DNA of 64,000 nt from Camelus ferus (taxonomy: Eukaryota), in assembly GCF_009834535.1 (NCBI RefSeq), contig NC_045696.1, positions 27,530,001-27,594,000 of the forward strand, given 5' to 3'. The notes beneath the pieces are model-generated. The model was given only the letters and a program-made list of their open reading frames with translations. It made no database searches and was not told the origin of the DNA. This document shows, one piece after another, positions 12,302-26,439 of the stretch. The number at the start of each line of letters is the position of its first letter. Position 1 is the stretch's first letter. Made by a program: the position numbers and the translations under genes.

Positions 12302-15300
12302 ATGGCAATAAACACACATCTATCAATAATTACTATAAATTTCAATGAACTAAATGCTCCAATCAAAAGACATAAAGTAGCAGACTGGATAATAAAACAA
12401 GAATCTACAATATGCCACATACAAGAGACCCATTTTAGGGAGTAGGACACACATAGATTGAGAGTGAGAGGATGGAAAAAGATATTCTATGAAATTGGGA
12501 TGGACAAGAAAGCAGGAGTAGCAATACTGATTTCAGACAAAATAAGACTTTAAAACAAAGCCATAAAGAAAGATAAAGGAGGACATTATGTAATGATTAA
12601 AGGAGCAATACAAGATGAGGATATTACACTCATTAACATATATGCACCCAATATAGGAACACCTAAATACATAATGAAAATATTAACAGATGTAAACGTA
12701 GAAATTGATGGGAACACAATCATAATAGGAGACTTTAACACCCCATTAACATCATTGGACAGATCTTCCAGACAGAAAATTAATAAGGCAATAGAGGAAC
12801 TAAATGATACAACAGAACAATTAACTTGGTTGATATTTTCAGAACATTACACCCCCCCCAAAAACAGAATATAAACTCTTTTCAAGTGCATATGGAACAT
12901 TTTCTAGGATAGAACATTTACTCAGGCACAAAAGAAGCCTCAACAAATTTAAGAAGACAGAAATTATTTCAAGCATCTATTCTGACCACAATGCCATGAA
13001 ACTAGAAATCAACTACAGAAAAACAAAGGAGAAAAAAAATGACAGCATGGTGATTAAACAACATGATAATAAAAAAAAAAAAAAAAAAAAGGTCAATAAT
13101 GAAATCAAAGAAGAAATTAAATAATACTTTGAGACAAACGACAATGAAAACACAACCACACAAAATCTATGGGATGCAGCAAAAGTAGTTGTACGAGGGA
13201 AATTCATAGCGATACAGGCCTTCCTCAAAAAAGAACAATCTCAAATAAACAATCTAACCTACCAGTTAACAGAATTAGAAAAAAAAAGATTAAACAAAAT
13301 TGAAAGTCAACAAAAGGTAGGAAATAATGAAGATCAGGGAGGAAATAAATAGAGATTTAAAAATAATAGAAAAATCAATCAAACCAAGAGCTGATTTTTT
13401 GAAAGAGTAAACAAAATGAACAAACCTCTGGCCAAGCTCACCAAGAAGAGAAAAGAGAGAGCACAAATAAAATAAGAAAGGAAAATGGAGAAATTGCAAC
13501 CAATACCACAGAAATACAAAATATCTTATGAGAACACTATGAACAACTATATGGAAACAAAATGGATAACCTAGAAGAAAAGGACAAGTTTCTGGAAATA
13601 TCATGTCCACCAAAACTGAATCAAGAAGAAACTGACCACTTGAACAAACTGATCACTAGAAATGATATTGAATTAGCAAATAAAAAACCTCCCTACAAAA
13701 AAGTTCCTGGATCGGATGGCTTCACTGGAGAATTCCACCAAACATACAAAGAAGAACTCATACTGGTCCTTCTCAAACTCTTCCAAAAGACTGAAAAGGA
13801 GGGAGTACTCCCAAACTCATTCTATGAAGCCACCTTCACCCGGATACCAAAACCAGAAAAAGACACTGCCAAAAAAGAAAATTACACACCAATATCACTG
13901 ATGAACATAGAGGCAAAAATCCTTAACAAAATATTAGCAAACAGAATCCAACAGCATATGAAAAAGATCATATACCAAGATTAAGTTGGGTTCATCCCAG
14001 GAACACAAGGATGGCTCAACATACGCAGATCAATCAATGTGACACAACACATCAAGAAGAGAAAGGACAAAAACCACATGATCATCTCAAAAGATTCAGA
14101 AAAAGCATTTGATAAAATTCAACACCCATTTATGATAAAAACCCATAGCAAAGTGGGTATAGAGGGAACACATCTCAACATAATAAAAGCTATTTATGAC
14201 AAACCTATAGCCAGCATAGTACTCAACAGTGAAAAACTGAAAACCTTCCCACTAAAATCTGGGACAAGATAGCATTGTCCACTCTTACTACTTCTACTCA
14301 ACATAGTCTTGGAAGTCCTAAACACAGCAATCAGGCAAGAAAAAGAAATAAAAGGGATCCAAATTGGAAGAGAAGAGGTAAAACTGTCACTATATGCAGA
14401 TGACATGATACTATATATAGAAAACCCTAAAAGTTCCACACAAAAACTACTAGAACTAATAAAAGAATTTGACAAGGTACAGGGTGCAAGATTAATGTAC
14501 AGAAATCAGTTGCATTTATTACACTAACAATGAATCAACAGAAAAAGTAAGTAAAGAAACAATTCTTTTTAAAATAGCACCCAAAGTAATTAAATACCTA
14601 GGAATAAATCTAACCAAGGAGGTGAAAGACTTATACATGGCGAACTACAAAACACTGATCAAGGAAGTTAAAGAAGACTTAAACAAATGGAAGGATATCC
14701 CATGCTCCTGGATTGGAAGAATCAATATTGTTAAAATGGCCATACTGCCCAAGGCAATCTACAAATTTAATGCAATCTCTATCAAATTACTCAGGACATT
14801 TTTCACAGAACTAGAACAAATCATAATAAAATTTATATGGAATCACAAAAGACTCAGAATTGCCAAAGCATTACTGAAGAAAAGGAATGAGACTGAAGGA
14901 ATAACCCTCCCAGACTTCAGACAATACTACAGAGCTACAGTAATCAAAACAGCATGGTATTGGTACAAAAAACAGACATAAGGATCAATGGAAAAGAATA
15001 GAGAGCCAAGAAATGAACCCACAAACTTATGGTCAACTAATCTTTGACAAAGGAGGCAAGAATATACAATGGAATAAAGACAGTCTCTTCAGCAAATGGT
15101 GTTGGGAAAGCTGGACAGCAGCATGTAAATCAATGAACTTAGAATAGTCCCTCACACCATACACAAAAATAAACTCAAAATGGCTTAAAGACTTACACAT
15201 AAGACAGTAAACAATAAATCTCCTAGAAGAAAACATAGGCAAAACATTATCTCACATACCTCTCAGCAATGTTCTCCTAGAACAGTCTACCCAAGCAATA

Positions 15301-16133
15301 GAAATAAAAGCAAAAATAAATAAATGGGACCTAATTAAACTTACAAGCTTTTGCACAGCAAAGGAAACCATAAGCAAAACAAAATGACAACCTATGGAAT
15401 GGGAGAAAATATTTGCAAATGATGAGACTGACAAGGGCTTAATTTCCAGAAAATATAAACAGCTCATATGGTTCAATAAGAAAAAAAAAAAAAAAAAAAA
15501 AAAAAAAGCAACCCAATCCAAAAACGGGCTGAAGACGTAAACAAGCAATTCTCCAAGAAAGACATTCGAACGTAATAAGCACATGAAAAAATGCTCAATA
15601 TCACTAATTATCAGAGAAATGCAAATCAAAACTACAATGAGGTATCACCTCACACCAGTCAGAATGGCCATCATTCAAAAGTCCACAAATGATAAATGCT
15701 AGAGAGGGTGTGGAGAAAACGGAACCCTCCTACCTTGTTGGTGGGAATGCAGTTTGGTGCAGCCATTGTGGAAAACAGTATGGAGATTCCTCAAAAGACT
15801 AAAACTAGACTTATCATATGACCCAGCAATCCCACTGCTGGGCATATATCCAGAGGGAACCTTAATTCTAAAAGAGACTTACACCTCAAGGTTCACAACA
15901 GCACTATTTACAATAGCCAAGACATGGAAACAACCTAAATATCCATCAACAGATGACTGGATAAAGAAGATGTGGTATATTTATAGAATGGAATACTACT
16001 CAGCTACAAAAAAAATGATAAAATAATGCCATTTGCAGCAACATGGATGGCCCTGGAGAATATCATTCTAAGTGAAGTAAGCTGGAAAGAGAAAGAAAAA
16101 TACCATATGATATCACTCATATGTAGAATCTAA
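12302..16133 (+). pseudogene. L1 ORF2p (endonuclease, reverse transcriptase, C-terminal domain), many stops and frameshifts
   Basis: MAINTHLSIITIN start; EN motifs NIYAPN and [29 protein letters not shown] (YADD 14393-14404); [14 protein letters not shown]; ends SLICRI*. Confidence 0.96.
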
Positions 16134-16949
16134 AAAAAGAAAAAGAAAAAGAAAAATGAACTTATACATAAAACAGAAACAGACTCATGACATAGAATAC
16201 AGACTTGTGGTTGCTAGGGGGAAGGGGGATGGGAAGGGATGAACTGGGAGTTCAAGATTTGCAGATACTGACTGGTATATATAAAACAGATAAACAAGTT
16301 ATACTGTATAGCACAGAGAAATATATTCAATATCTTGTAGTAGCATATGGTGGAAAAAAAGGTGAAAATGAATATATGTATATTCACATATGACTGAAGC
16401 ATTGTACTGTACACCAGAAATTGACACACCATTTTAAACTGACTATACCTCAATTTTTTTTTAAAAAAAGGATATCTTGGAAGGTCTACTAAACGAACAG
16501 GACAGTTCCTTCAACACTGGTGCTTTGAAAACCAGGTCATAGATGTAATCATAATGTAATCATAATATCACCTCTTGCATGAACTTAAAAAATGAATCAA
16601 CATGTTTGCCTTAAAATAGCATAAGAATTTTCAATTTTGAGACTTTAACAATGTAATAATTATGATAATGATATTATAACTGAAAAATAAACAACATACA
16701 TGGTTCTGGTTAAGGCTATACTAACTAGAATTATATTATAAGCTCACTAACATGTAAAAGGATTTGATACTCAATGGTATTCCTAATTCCATTCATGACT
16801 TGGTATCTTCCACTGATTATTTAAAGTGTTCACTGCCTGTGATTGTTAAGGAACAAAGAGAAATTTTCTTCAGCTACATATTAATTGTTCATGGTGGCCA
16901 CTGTTTTGTGAAAGTGGAGAAGTCTTGGGCCAGTACACCTTTCCTCCTT

Positions 16950-17365
16950 CAGGTAACAGGCTCCATTCTTAGATCACAGTGGTGAGTATAGGCCCCAGGC
17001 TGGTCACACTAGTTAACTGGTCCAGGAATGCACATATGACTAATGCTGGGACAATGAGAATCCTTCCCTGGGATTTTCCTACCTAGAGCTGGCAGGGGAA
17101 AGCTATTAGCTTGTGAGCTGCCAAGCATCATGTTTGCTCTTGCAATGGAAAAGATTCATCTGTAAAGTAGAAAAATGAAACAGTCATACAAGAGGAAACA
17201 GAGGAGAGTAAACCAAAACATACTGGTGCCATTTGATTATTCGTTCCTTTTCCCCCTTAAGGCTGATGCCACCCATGCGTTTTCAGTGGCTTGAGCATGT
17301 GAGTTTATGAATCTTCCTTTTGTTATTGAATGGGTTTCTTTTGCTTGAAACCAAATAATCCTAAA
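16950..17365 (+). mobile_element. Old MaLR LTR (MLT1J/K-like)
   Basis: actggtccaggaatgcacatatgac...caatgagaatccttccctgggatttt...tgggtttcttttgcttgaaacc. Confidence 0.55.
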
Positions 17366-20154
17366 TTTACTCATTTCCCTGCTATTAAATCAAGCTTTTC
17401 CTCTTCTGGTACTGTGTCACTACAGAGACCTTGCTAGGGAATTTACACTACCACTTCTCCACTTCTCCATTGCTTTCAAGTTTCTAATTATCTCCTCTTC
17501 TTCCATGAAGCCTTGCCAGACAGGTACAATCCGTGCTCTCTTTATTTCCCCAAAATACTAGGATACATTATCTTGTCATCTATAACAACACTCAAATTGT
17601 CTTTTATTATTTAACCTTTTACATGCATGTCATTTTCTCTAACTAAATTATTGACAGCTTAAGTTGAAAGCCACACCTTAAATGTATTTGTATCACCCCA
17701 GGTTTTTATACACTTTCAAGTGGTATGGCAGTTAGCATCCCTGACGCCATCTTGGGCTCTTACAGTTTCTTCTGTCCTTTCACTGACTCAACCCAAGACT
17801 GTGCTGTGCAGTGAATCACTCCTCTGTCATCAAAGGCACTGTAGTTAATAGATATTGTTTGATAATCATTAGGACCAGGTAGCCCTCTATGCTCTGTTAG
17901 CCCCCAAACAATGATGAAGACCTTTCCTGATGTATTCCTGGTTCCCAAGAGGCTAGTTACCAATTCATAAATCTGACTTTAGGGATCCACGTCCTGTTTC
18001 CAAGCACCTGCCCTCACCCTAGGAACTGTAAAACTGTCCCAGTGGACCCTCGGTGGTACAGAATGCAACTGCAAATGCCTCTGGGTCATTGTCCATCCGA
18101 TCCAGATTCCACCCTGTGAGTAAGTTACCCTATAATAGACTGAACCATTGATTACATGGAGCTGCCTGCTTTGGTTTTCAGTCTCAAGATGCCTTCTCAA
18201 TTCAGTGGGTACTCTTTCTTCCTTCCATCCTCCAACACAAGCATACATATAAAGCACAATAAAGCCAACTAAAGGAGCTCTGGCGTACTTTCTGCATTTC
18301 TCAGTGGGAAGTGAGGAGGTAGTACTGGTCTAAGAATTTGATTCACTCACATAAAAGATGTTCCAGAAATACCAGCTGTTTATCATTTAAAGGGTTCTCT
18401 GAGTTCTTCTGAAATTATTATTTTTTTACATATATACATATATGTTCAGATTCTTTTCCATTATGAAGTGTTTATTCTTAATAATAACATCTGAGGTGGA
18501 CATGAAGTGCACTTAAATTTAGTTCCTTCAAAAAATATTCATTTTCAAAAAGCGTTTAGTGTCTATTATATTTTTCTCAGAAAATATATAATCAGCTTTA
18601 TACTGTTTAGGTCTAAAAGAAACTTGTAAGACTGAAGAGATGAGCCACCTAAATGAAACCGTAAGTATTCATCAGATCAAAAGCATTTTTCTTAAAACAG
18701 TATACTCTTCTTGTTTTAAGAAACATGGACTTACGTAGAGTTTTTTAAAAAAAAAAAACAAGTTATATATAGATTATTTCCTTTCAAACATTTTTAAGCA
18801 TCCTATATCATATTCATATCATAGGCCAATGTATCAATTTTTATTAATGTATCATTAAAATCCACATTAAATGAATGTGTCTGGACAATTAAAAAAGAAA
18901 GAAAGAAAACAAAAAAGACTGAAAAACCGAAAGAAAGAAAGGAAATTCCAACGTGATTCACAACTTTAGACTTGCGAAATTAAACAAAAAAAAATTTCTT
19001 TCTTGATGGAATGTGTTTCTACTGAAAGCTGAACCAAAAGTCATGGTAGCGGCTGTGGATTCTTTAGACAGATGGTGTCAACAGACCAGTCAATTAGTCA
19101 GCTTGGCAATGGAAGAAGGATAGATAGTTTTACAAAATGCCACCAAACTCAATATATGAAAAATAGAAAGAGGCCTGAATCTGTACTCTGATACTTGATC
19201 CTGGTTCCTGCGTGGTTTGTAAAATAGGCTACTCTTGTCACCAGCAGTTTAGAGTTTCCTCGTTAGATTTTCATAGAAATGGTTCTCAGAACACAAAAGC
19301 CAAATCCCAGAAGGGACAGCTGGCTTTAACAGGTGAAGAGATCACATCTAATGGTTTTCCTACCAAAGCTCCACTACTGCTGATTTTCTTTCTTATTTTT
19401 TACCTAATATAAACTAATAATGTCTGTTTCTATTTTTTAAAGATACTTCATTTGAGAATTTATTTGTAAGAGAAACAAACATCATATCCAAAATAGAAAG
19501 TCTCTATTTACACATACAAATATAATAATTTAACTTTTTTGTTGCTCAAGCTAAATTTTGTATTAGATTATATTTCATCAAGTTTAAATTAGTGTTCAGT
19601 AATTTTGTCCCAGGAGCCTAAGACCATCTCTACTAATGCCACCAAATTAAATCAGAACCAGAAAGTTCAATTTGATTAGTAATTTTCCTGGTGAGTAGGG
19701 GGCTCTTCTGGTATACATTAGCATTTTTATTATCATGGGAATGAAACCAGGATATGGGGCCCTGCAGAAAAAAGAGCCAGTCTGAGAATCAAAGAAGCTG
19801 GTTCTCCTAAAAAGTGAGTTGTCTAGGACAAGTCTCTTAGACTCAGCTCACCTTTACATGTTTATCTACAAGATAAAGATATTGCAGAAAGTTATATTTA
19901 AATTAAATCTTTTCCAGGCTAGCTCTGATAGTAGAAGCCGGTTAAATGAACATTTTTGGTTTCCTCCGAATGTATCATATAAATAAGCACTTGAAAGATT
20001 GTATCACCTATTTTCATGATTTTGCCTACATATAAGGGGAATTTGATCAGGTTAAATAAAAACTTCTATAACCATTTTATCTGTGGTTTCATAAAGATAA
20101 AACCAGCATGCCTTCCTGTCTGGTCTTCCTTCTGCTCTAGAGGGATTGCTGAGG

Positions 20155-20370
20155 GCCAGGGGATAAAGGGGATGGGGTCTGGACTTTGGAATTCCCACTC
20201 TGCCCTCTAACTAGTTGTGTAAACTTGGGGCACCAGTTTCTTAACCTCTCTTACTGTCAGTTTCCTGACTTAAAAATAAATAAATAAAACCTATTGAGAG
20301 GACTCAGTGAAACAGTGTGTGAAAAAGACTCAGTGCAGTCTGACACTAAATTAGGCCTGTAATAAATGTC
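20155..20370 (+). mobile_element. MIR SINE
   Basis: cccactctgccctctaactagttgtgtaaacttggg...cttaacctctc...tcagtttcc. Confidence 0.75.
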
Positions 20371-22126
20371 CCTTTTCAAAGCTAAAGCTTTCAGGACACC
20401 TATTTCCAGTCAGTAAAATTGGGCTCAAGAAAAAACAGATTTGTTGAATCTGTGATTATATGAGACTGAAATTAATTTGTCAACCTCTTCCACAGCCCAA
20501 GGTGTTTAGCAACAAATATAAAAGGGAACAGTAAGTCCCAGTACTTAAGTGGTGAACATAATGATGTTTCTACCTTCATGTGACATTTCAGACCATTACT
20601 CCCTAACATTCAACTTTGATCCTTAAAATGCTTTACCTGCTTGAAGGCAGCATAACGATCTTAACTCACGGAATATTTAAAATAAATTACATAAAAATAT
20701 ACAGGTCAGCCTAATTTTGTTCTGTTCTGTTTTACTGTTTTTGTGGTTTTTAAATTCCTAGTTTAATCAGAATTGGTATGGTGTAAACTAAGTCCTAAGC
20801 AGAAGACCAGACTCACTGTAACACACACATTAGAGTGGCTCCAGCAAGGCGTAGGGTCTCAAAACCAAGAGCTGAGGGTTAAGACAGAGAGAGCACTTAG
20901 AGAAATAACAGCAGCAGTAAAAGAGTGGACCTCCATCCTGCTATGCAGTTTGACCTCATTGTTGCCCTGAAACCCAAAGTGGAGACATAAAAAGTCACCT
21001 GAAGATAGAAGAAAAAGAGGGGAAAGAACCAATCAATCATGAAGTTTTATTAGTATTGGTGTTTACACCTAGAATTAGTGTGGAGACTGACCTCTGTAGG
21101 GCTGCTTCCACTCTGCCTGAGAGTCCCCTGTGCTTAGATGATCAGGAACCTGGAGACATAATCCTAACTGCCAGATCTCTCAGGATTCCAGTCCTCTGTT
21201 TACCCGGATTTACATGCAGCCTACCTTTCCTTGACAGAGCTTCCTGTTTAAGGCAAAAGAAACATAACTCCTACCTTCCTGTTGCCCCAAATCCCCCACC
21301 AACTGTAACCAAACTCTTGCTCCTTCTGTCTCTCCTTTCCCATCAGCATTTGCCCAATTTTAGTTCCACCCAAATCCTACTGTTGACTCTATATTTTCAT
21401 CAGCTAACTGAAGCTATATATTTTACTTTACACACAGCTGTAAGTTTTAGGAACCTTTCTTCACTTAATATGACCAAGAAAGAATCTATTCTTGCATTGG
21501 AAGAAAAATAAAAATGGGTCAGCAATCAAAGTGCACAGGGTAATCCTTTGTCTAAGAGAACAAGAACATATAAGTTTTCCCCAAAATTTTCTGTATGACC
21601 ACAATATGTGATAGCCCCGTACATTTTGTGAATTATAGCAAATCTAAGAAATAGCCCCATTACATTTTAACAGTGAAAATCTGAACTTTGCCTAACACTA
21701 AGTGCTTTTTTCCTTCAGTTTCTTCATGCAATTTGAAAAGAGGATTCAACTGGAACTTTAAGAAAAAGGAATTGATATAAAACTATCCCTTTTCTCTTCT
21801 AAAGTGACTATGGCTATTTAAGCTGAATGTTCTCAATTGCTATAGGATAAATTCCACAACACTTAGCCCTGTCAGTTCAAACCTTCCCCAACCTGACCTT
21901 AATCTTCCTTTTTAAACCCCAATTCCCACAATTCCCCTCAGATCTAGAAAAGTCAGATGCAAATATGCATGCAAATATGCTTTGTTCTTTATTCACATAT
22001 TCCTTCTTCCTAAAATTCCCCTTTTCTTTCTGGTTGCCCTCCTCTTCACTCTCTCTTCTTCAAGATATATTATTAATTCAAAGTATCTACACCAGCATGA
22101 AACTATTTCTCCCCACAAAGGGCATT

Positions 22127-22214
22127 TTTTTTTTCTGCTTTAATTTTTTTTTAATTGAAGTATAGTTGATTTACAACGTTTTGTTAGTTTCTGGTGTACA
22201 CCATAGTGATTCAG

Positions 22215-22251
<37 letters not shown>

Positions 22252-22480
22252 CTTTTTCTTATTCTTTTTCATTATAGGTTACCACAAGATACTGAATATA
22301 GTTCCTTGTGCTATCCTGTAGGACCTTGTTGTTTATCTATTTTATATGTAGTAGTTTGTGTCTGCTAATCCCAAATTCCCTCCCCCACTTTCCCCTTTGG
22401 TAACAGTAAGTTTGTTTTCTATGTCTGTAAGTCAGTTTCCGTTTTGTAAATAAATTCATTTGTATCGTTTTTTAAATTTT
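22127..22480 (-). mobile_element. 5'-truncated L1 3' end (cetartiodactyl type) with internal (CA)n
   Basis: Reverse complement resembles the 3'UTR of the full-length L1 (16140-16460): ttaattgaagtatagttgatttacaa...ttagtttctggtgtaca. Confidence 0.9.
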
Positions 22481-23259
22481 AAAACCCTTTTTTCGTCCTC
22501 TGGAATGATACATTGCATATATTATTTAACTATTTATATTTTTTCACTCAGACTACAGTGTAAGCTCCTTGAAGAAAGAAACAGATTTTTATTTTTTCTT
22601 ATTTCAACCAAGAGCATCTAACAAAGGATCTCAACTCAAGCACTCAATTAGTAGTTTAAAAAAATCCTAAATTACATTGAAAAGAAATTAAGGAAAATGT
22701 AAAAAAGAAAAAAAAGGAACCATGAGAAAATAAAAACTTTCCTGGTATATTTAGAAAAATATATTACAATATTGGCATCACACATCTGTACGCTTAAGTT
22801 CTGCTTATTAACATATATATGCAACAGCGCTCAAACTAGTGTTTACATTCACTTAGGATCTTACTAAAGATGTAGTCAACCCTTTAGGCTGAGAGAAAAT
22901 ACTTAATATTATATGAATTTTTAATATCTATATAGTAAGCTGTTTTAATGTATATAAGTGAATAAAAATAATTATAATAGTGCCATCTAAACTGGGAGAA
23001 CAAAATGTCTTGCCAGTTCATTTTAAACATTATCAATACATTGAACATAAACCGCAATGTGTACAAATTCCACATATGTATTTCTGGTAACTTAAGTTAC
23101 TTTTGACTGTTCTTTCCTGTACAGGAGAGTCTTACTCTTGTTCTACAGGTTTCAAAAATTATCAGTTACACTGACTGAATCTGATACTTTGATTTTAAAT
23201 ATGCAAATTTATTTACAGAAGACCTATATATTTACAGATATAAAGCCAATAAAAATATA

Positions 23260-23278
23260 TGCCTCCATCTAGTGGCCA
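23260..23278 (-). promoter_or_regulatory. Candidate CTCF site
   Basis: Minus strand TGGCCACTAGATGGAGGCA closely matches the CTCF core (CCACYAGRKGGC) with one deviation. Confidence 0.5.
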
Positions 23279-23559
23279 ATTCAATCAACCAAAGTAGGGT
23301 GAAGGGATAGATGAGTGAAATCCTATCTCATTTCAGCCAAATAACCCTAGTCCTGTCTCTTTTGGACCAATGTTTCTAGACTAGGTATCTTTAGTTTTCA
23401 CTTCTCCCATATATGCTGCCTTTTAATTGTTTGAAATGCTGAAAAATAATAATGATAGTAATGATTGGTAATGGCAAGGCCACTTTAGGAGTCCTTATTG
23501 AACACTAGTTACCACCCACGACATTACACATATTATGGCATATCTAATGGAAGTTTTGT

Positions 23560-23710
23560 AAAACACATAATATTATCCTCATTTTGAAGGTAGGGAAGCT
23601 GAAACTCAAAGATGTGATGTACCTTCCCTAATGCTCTATTCTAGTAAGTAGCAAAGGGATTCCCACCCAGGTCTAGTTTTGCTGATTCCAAAGACTGTGC
23701 TCTTTCAGTA
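23560..23710 (-). mobile_element. MIR SINE
   Basis: tattatcctcattttgaaggtagggaagctgaaactca...cacccaggtct...gattccaaag. Confidence 0.7.
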
Positions 23711-26439
23711 ATATTCTGCATGACTAAAAGGAAGCACACAAGAGAGAAAAGCCGATAATCTCCAAATAGATTGTTCTTTCCTCTCAATAATTAAAGTCTG
23801 ACTGTACTGAAGCTGAAAGAGATAATTTCAAAGTTCTGCAGACTGGATTCCCCACCACCTCTCTTCCAGCTGAGGTCAAATTCAGCTCAAATCTATTCTT
23901 CAACTATTTACAGACCTCTTTATAGCATTAGTGCTCTTCAAGTTCTGACATCTCTCTTCAGGCCAGAAGTATTTATTTAATCAACAAGTACAGCTTGAGG
24001 GACATCAGGCTCTTATTCATGGTTAAGTAATTAAAAACGGAAAACACATCACCAAGTGCCTAATATATGCAAGCGTTAATTGGTTCAATTGGGGAATGTT
24101 TCCCCAGACTGCATTTGTTTCTTAAGGATGGGTGCTGTGTTCCTATCCATGCCTCATGGCTTTCAGGGTTTGCTAATTAGTGCTTTCCTAATCCCATTCA
24201 GAAAACTGGAGCAAGTTTTTGCCATTCCCCTTCCATAAATGGGTGGTCACCGAGATTAGGTCAAGCCAGCTCAGCCTACAATAGCATCCTTAATCAGCCC
24301 ATGCGAAATGAAAATGAGGCAAAAATCCTGGCTTTTATCTCACACTGTCTTAGGAGCTAATTAAAATGCACAGGCTCTTCCTCCCGTTTCAACCCTGCTG
24401 TTCTATACAATAATAAGCCAACAAAAGGTGCTGAAAGCAATGGACTGAATAATTGTGGAAATTTACAGTTCCTTAAAGGCAACTGTTAAAAGATTTCTGT
24501 CTCCTCAGCAATGTAGATCACATCCTGATAAAGTATCTCTGCGTAAGATCTCCTCTCACATTTATGTTAAGAATCGTGGAGTTTTAGAGGAGGAGGATGA
24601 TCCTATAAATTGATGACCGTTTTGTTGATGTATGTGGCTTTTTACGTATGTGGCTTTCAACTCACTTTACCAACCAAAGAGTTAAAACAACACATGTTCT
24701 TTGACTGAAATCTGCCTCCAGAGTACCCTGGGCCTCTGCTGTTTTAAAAGTGCTATGAAAGCTCACTGGCATAATAAACAAAAAGATGGGAGGGGGAAAA
24801 GGGATAAGACAGGATACAGGCAAAAAGAAAGAAAATGAACACACGCACAACACACAACACACATACACCCAAGTGATCTGCTTAGGCTCATACTCTTCCC
24901 AGCCATTTCACCCGCCAAAAATAAATCCTTAAATTCATAATCAACCTTAATAAAACTAGCTTCTAAAAGAGAGTAAGCTTTTGATCTTACTGTTCCTCTG
25001 CCTCAGGGTATTCTTTCATATTTATTAAAATGCACCTTGAGCATGTTACAAGTAAAACAATAATTTCCTACACTTTAATGCATGCACAAGCATATAATTT
25101 CAAGAAGCATTTGCCAAGGGGTAGCACATGTTCCAAACACATATACCAAATTAAATTCACGTTATAATTATATTTAAAAATCAATACATTAAGTAAGAAC
25201 TCAACACGTTCAAAGAGGCATATTAGCCCAAAACTGTAATTATAAGAAAGTGACCTGCCTCCCTAAAATTGGGCAGGATGGAAGATGTCTGGACAGAGGG
25301 TAAAGATTATAATCACTAACTCCTGCCCTGCCAAAACACACCCCCCAAAAACGTGGGCAGGAAGAAATTACGTATTTTCATCTCTGCTTGGCACAGTGTC
25401 AAAATGCCATGTGATGTGAAAACTTCAGTAAGTAGCATTTTTGAAGCTAGGTAAAAAAAAAACTCTAAAGGCTCAAAATATACATATAGATAGATCATTA
25501 ATAAACCATCTTTTTCCAACAGAGGAACATTCCATATATCAAAACCTTAAATATCTGCTTGAGTATCTTCACCACAGGTTTCTCCATGGCTTGGTATTCA
25601 TTTAAGACAAACAAAACGCCATAATGATAGCTACTAGTCTTCAGAGCATCGGAAGCTGGCTGAAAAGATACGGAGTAAAAACTTTCCTTATTGAGCAGGA
25701 ATTAGCTTCTGAGGTCTAGGTATATGTAACTTTATAAACCACCTCAAAACACTTCAGTCCATGGGAATGCACAAAGATTACACCCCTGGTAGATATAGCT
25801 TTAAAATAACCCATTAAGAGAGGTCGTATGAAATAAAATAGAAATAATAATTGACAGTAATTAGTGAGTTTAAAATACACACTACTTTAAAGCTATTAAC
25901 CGCTACTAACATCCAAACTATCATTATCTTCTAAATCATCAAAGTAAGACAATAATAACACTTGGATAAAACATAGTATACGTGTTATATGTAGTAACTT
26001 ATTTAACCCTTTCATCAGCCATATGAACTAGATATTATTGTTTTATCCATTAAAGAAATGAGAAAGCTCATGAGCACAACGAGTTTAAGGAATTCAAATT
26101 TCCCAAGCTCAGTTAGCTTGTAATTAGGCACTGAGTTTGTGCACTTAATCATTATGCCACCCTATATGATTAAATAAATTACAGTATATTGTAGTTCATT
26201 TTACTGTTCTCAACATAATAGCAGTGGTTTCACATTTACGAAGTTACAGACTATGTTAAGCACCTCACACAAATTATCTCATTTAAATCTCTCAACAATC
26301 ACGAGGAAGGTCCTATTACTATCACCCTCTAAAGTGACAACCTCTTTAAATAAGAAGGAGATTCCCCCCTCTGCTACTCAATAAGCAATGGAATTGCAAA
26401 AAAGGCATTTATGTCTAATGAAATACTGAGCTTCTCTCT

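Larger units (their letters stand above)
9309..16465 (+). mobile_element. Full-length LINE-1 (cetartiodactyl/camelid type), inactivated, antisense to ROBO1
   Basis: G-rich start with YY1-type CAAGATGGCG (9319-9328), CpG-rich 5'UTR, ORF1 and ORF2 remnants, 3'UTR and short tail. TSD aaaagtgtatcttgg (9294-9308) vs aaaaggatatcttgg (16466-16480), 13/15 identical. Confidence 0.97.

Noticed and set aside
11001..16133. Retrotransposition-competent L1
   Set aside because: Both ORFs carry multiple stops and frameshifts.
21056..21511. 151-aa plus-strand ORF
   Set aside because: Non-ATG start, no recognisable homology or splice context.
24670..24766. Possible minus-strand exon after a long pyrimidine tract
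   Set aside because: Weak donor (TTG|GTAAAG); peptide not recognisable as ROBO1.
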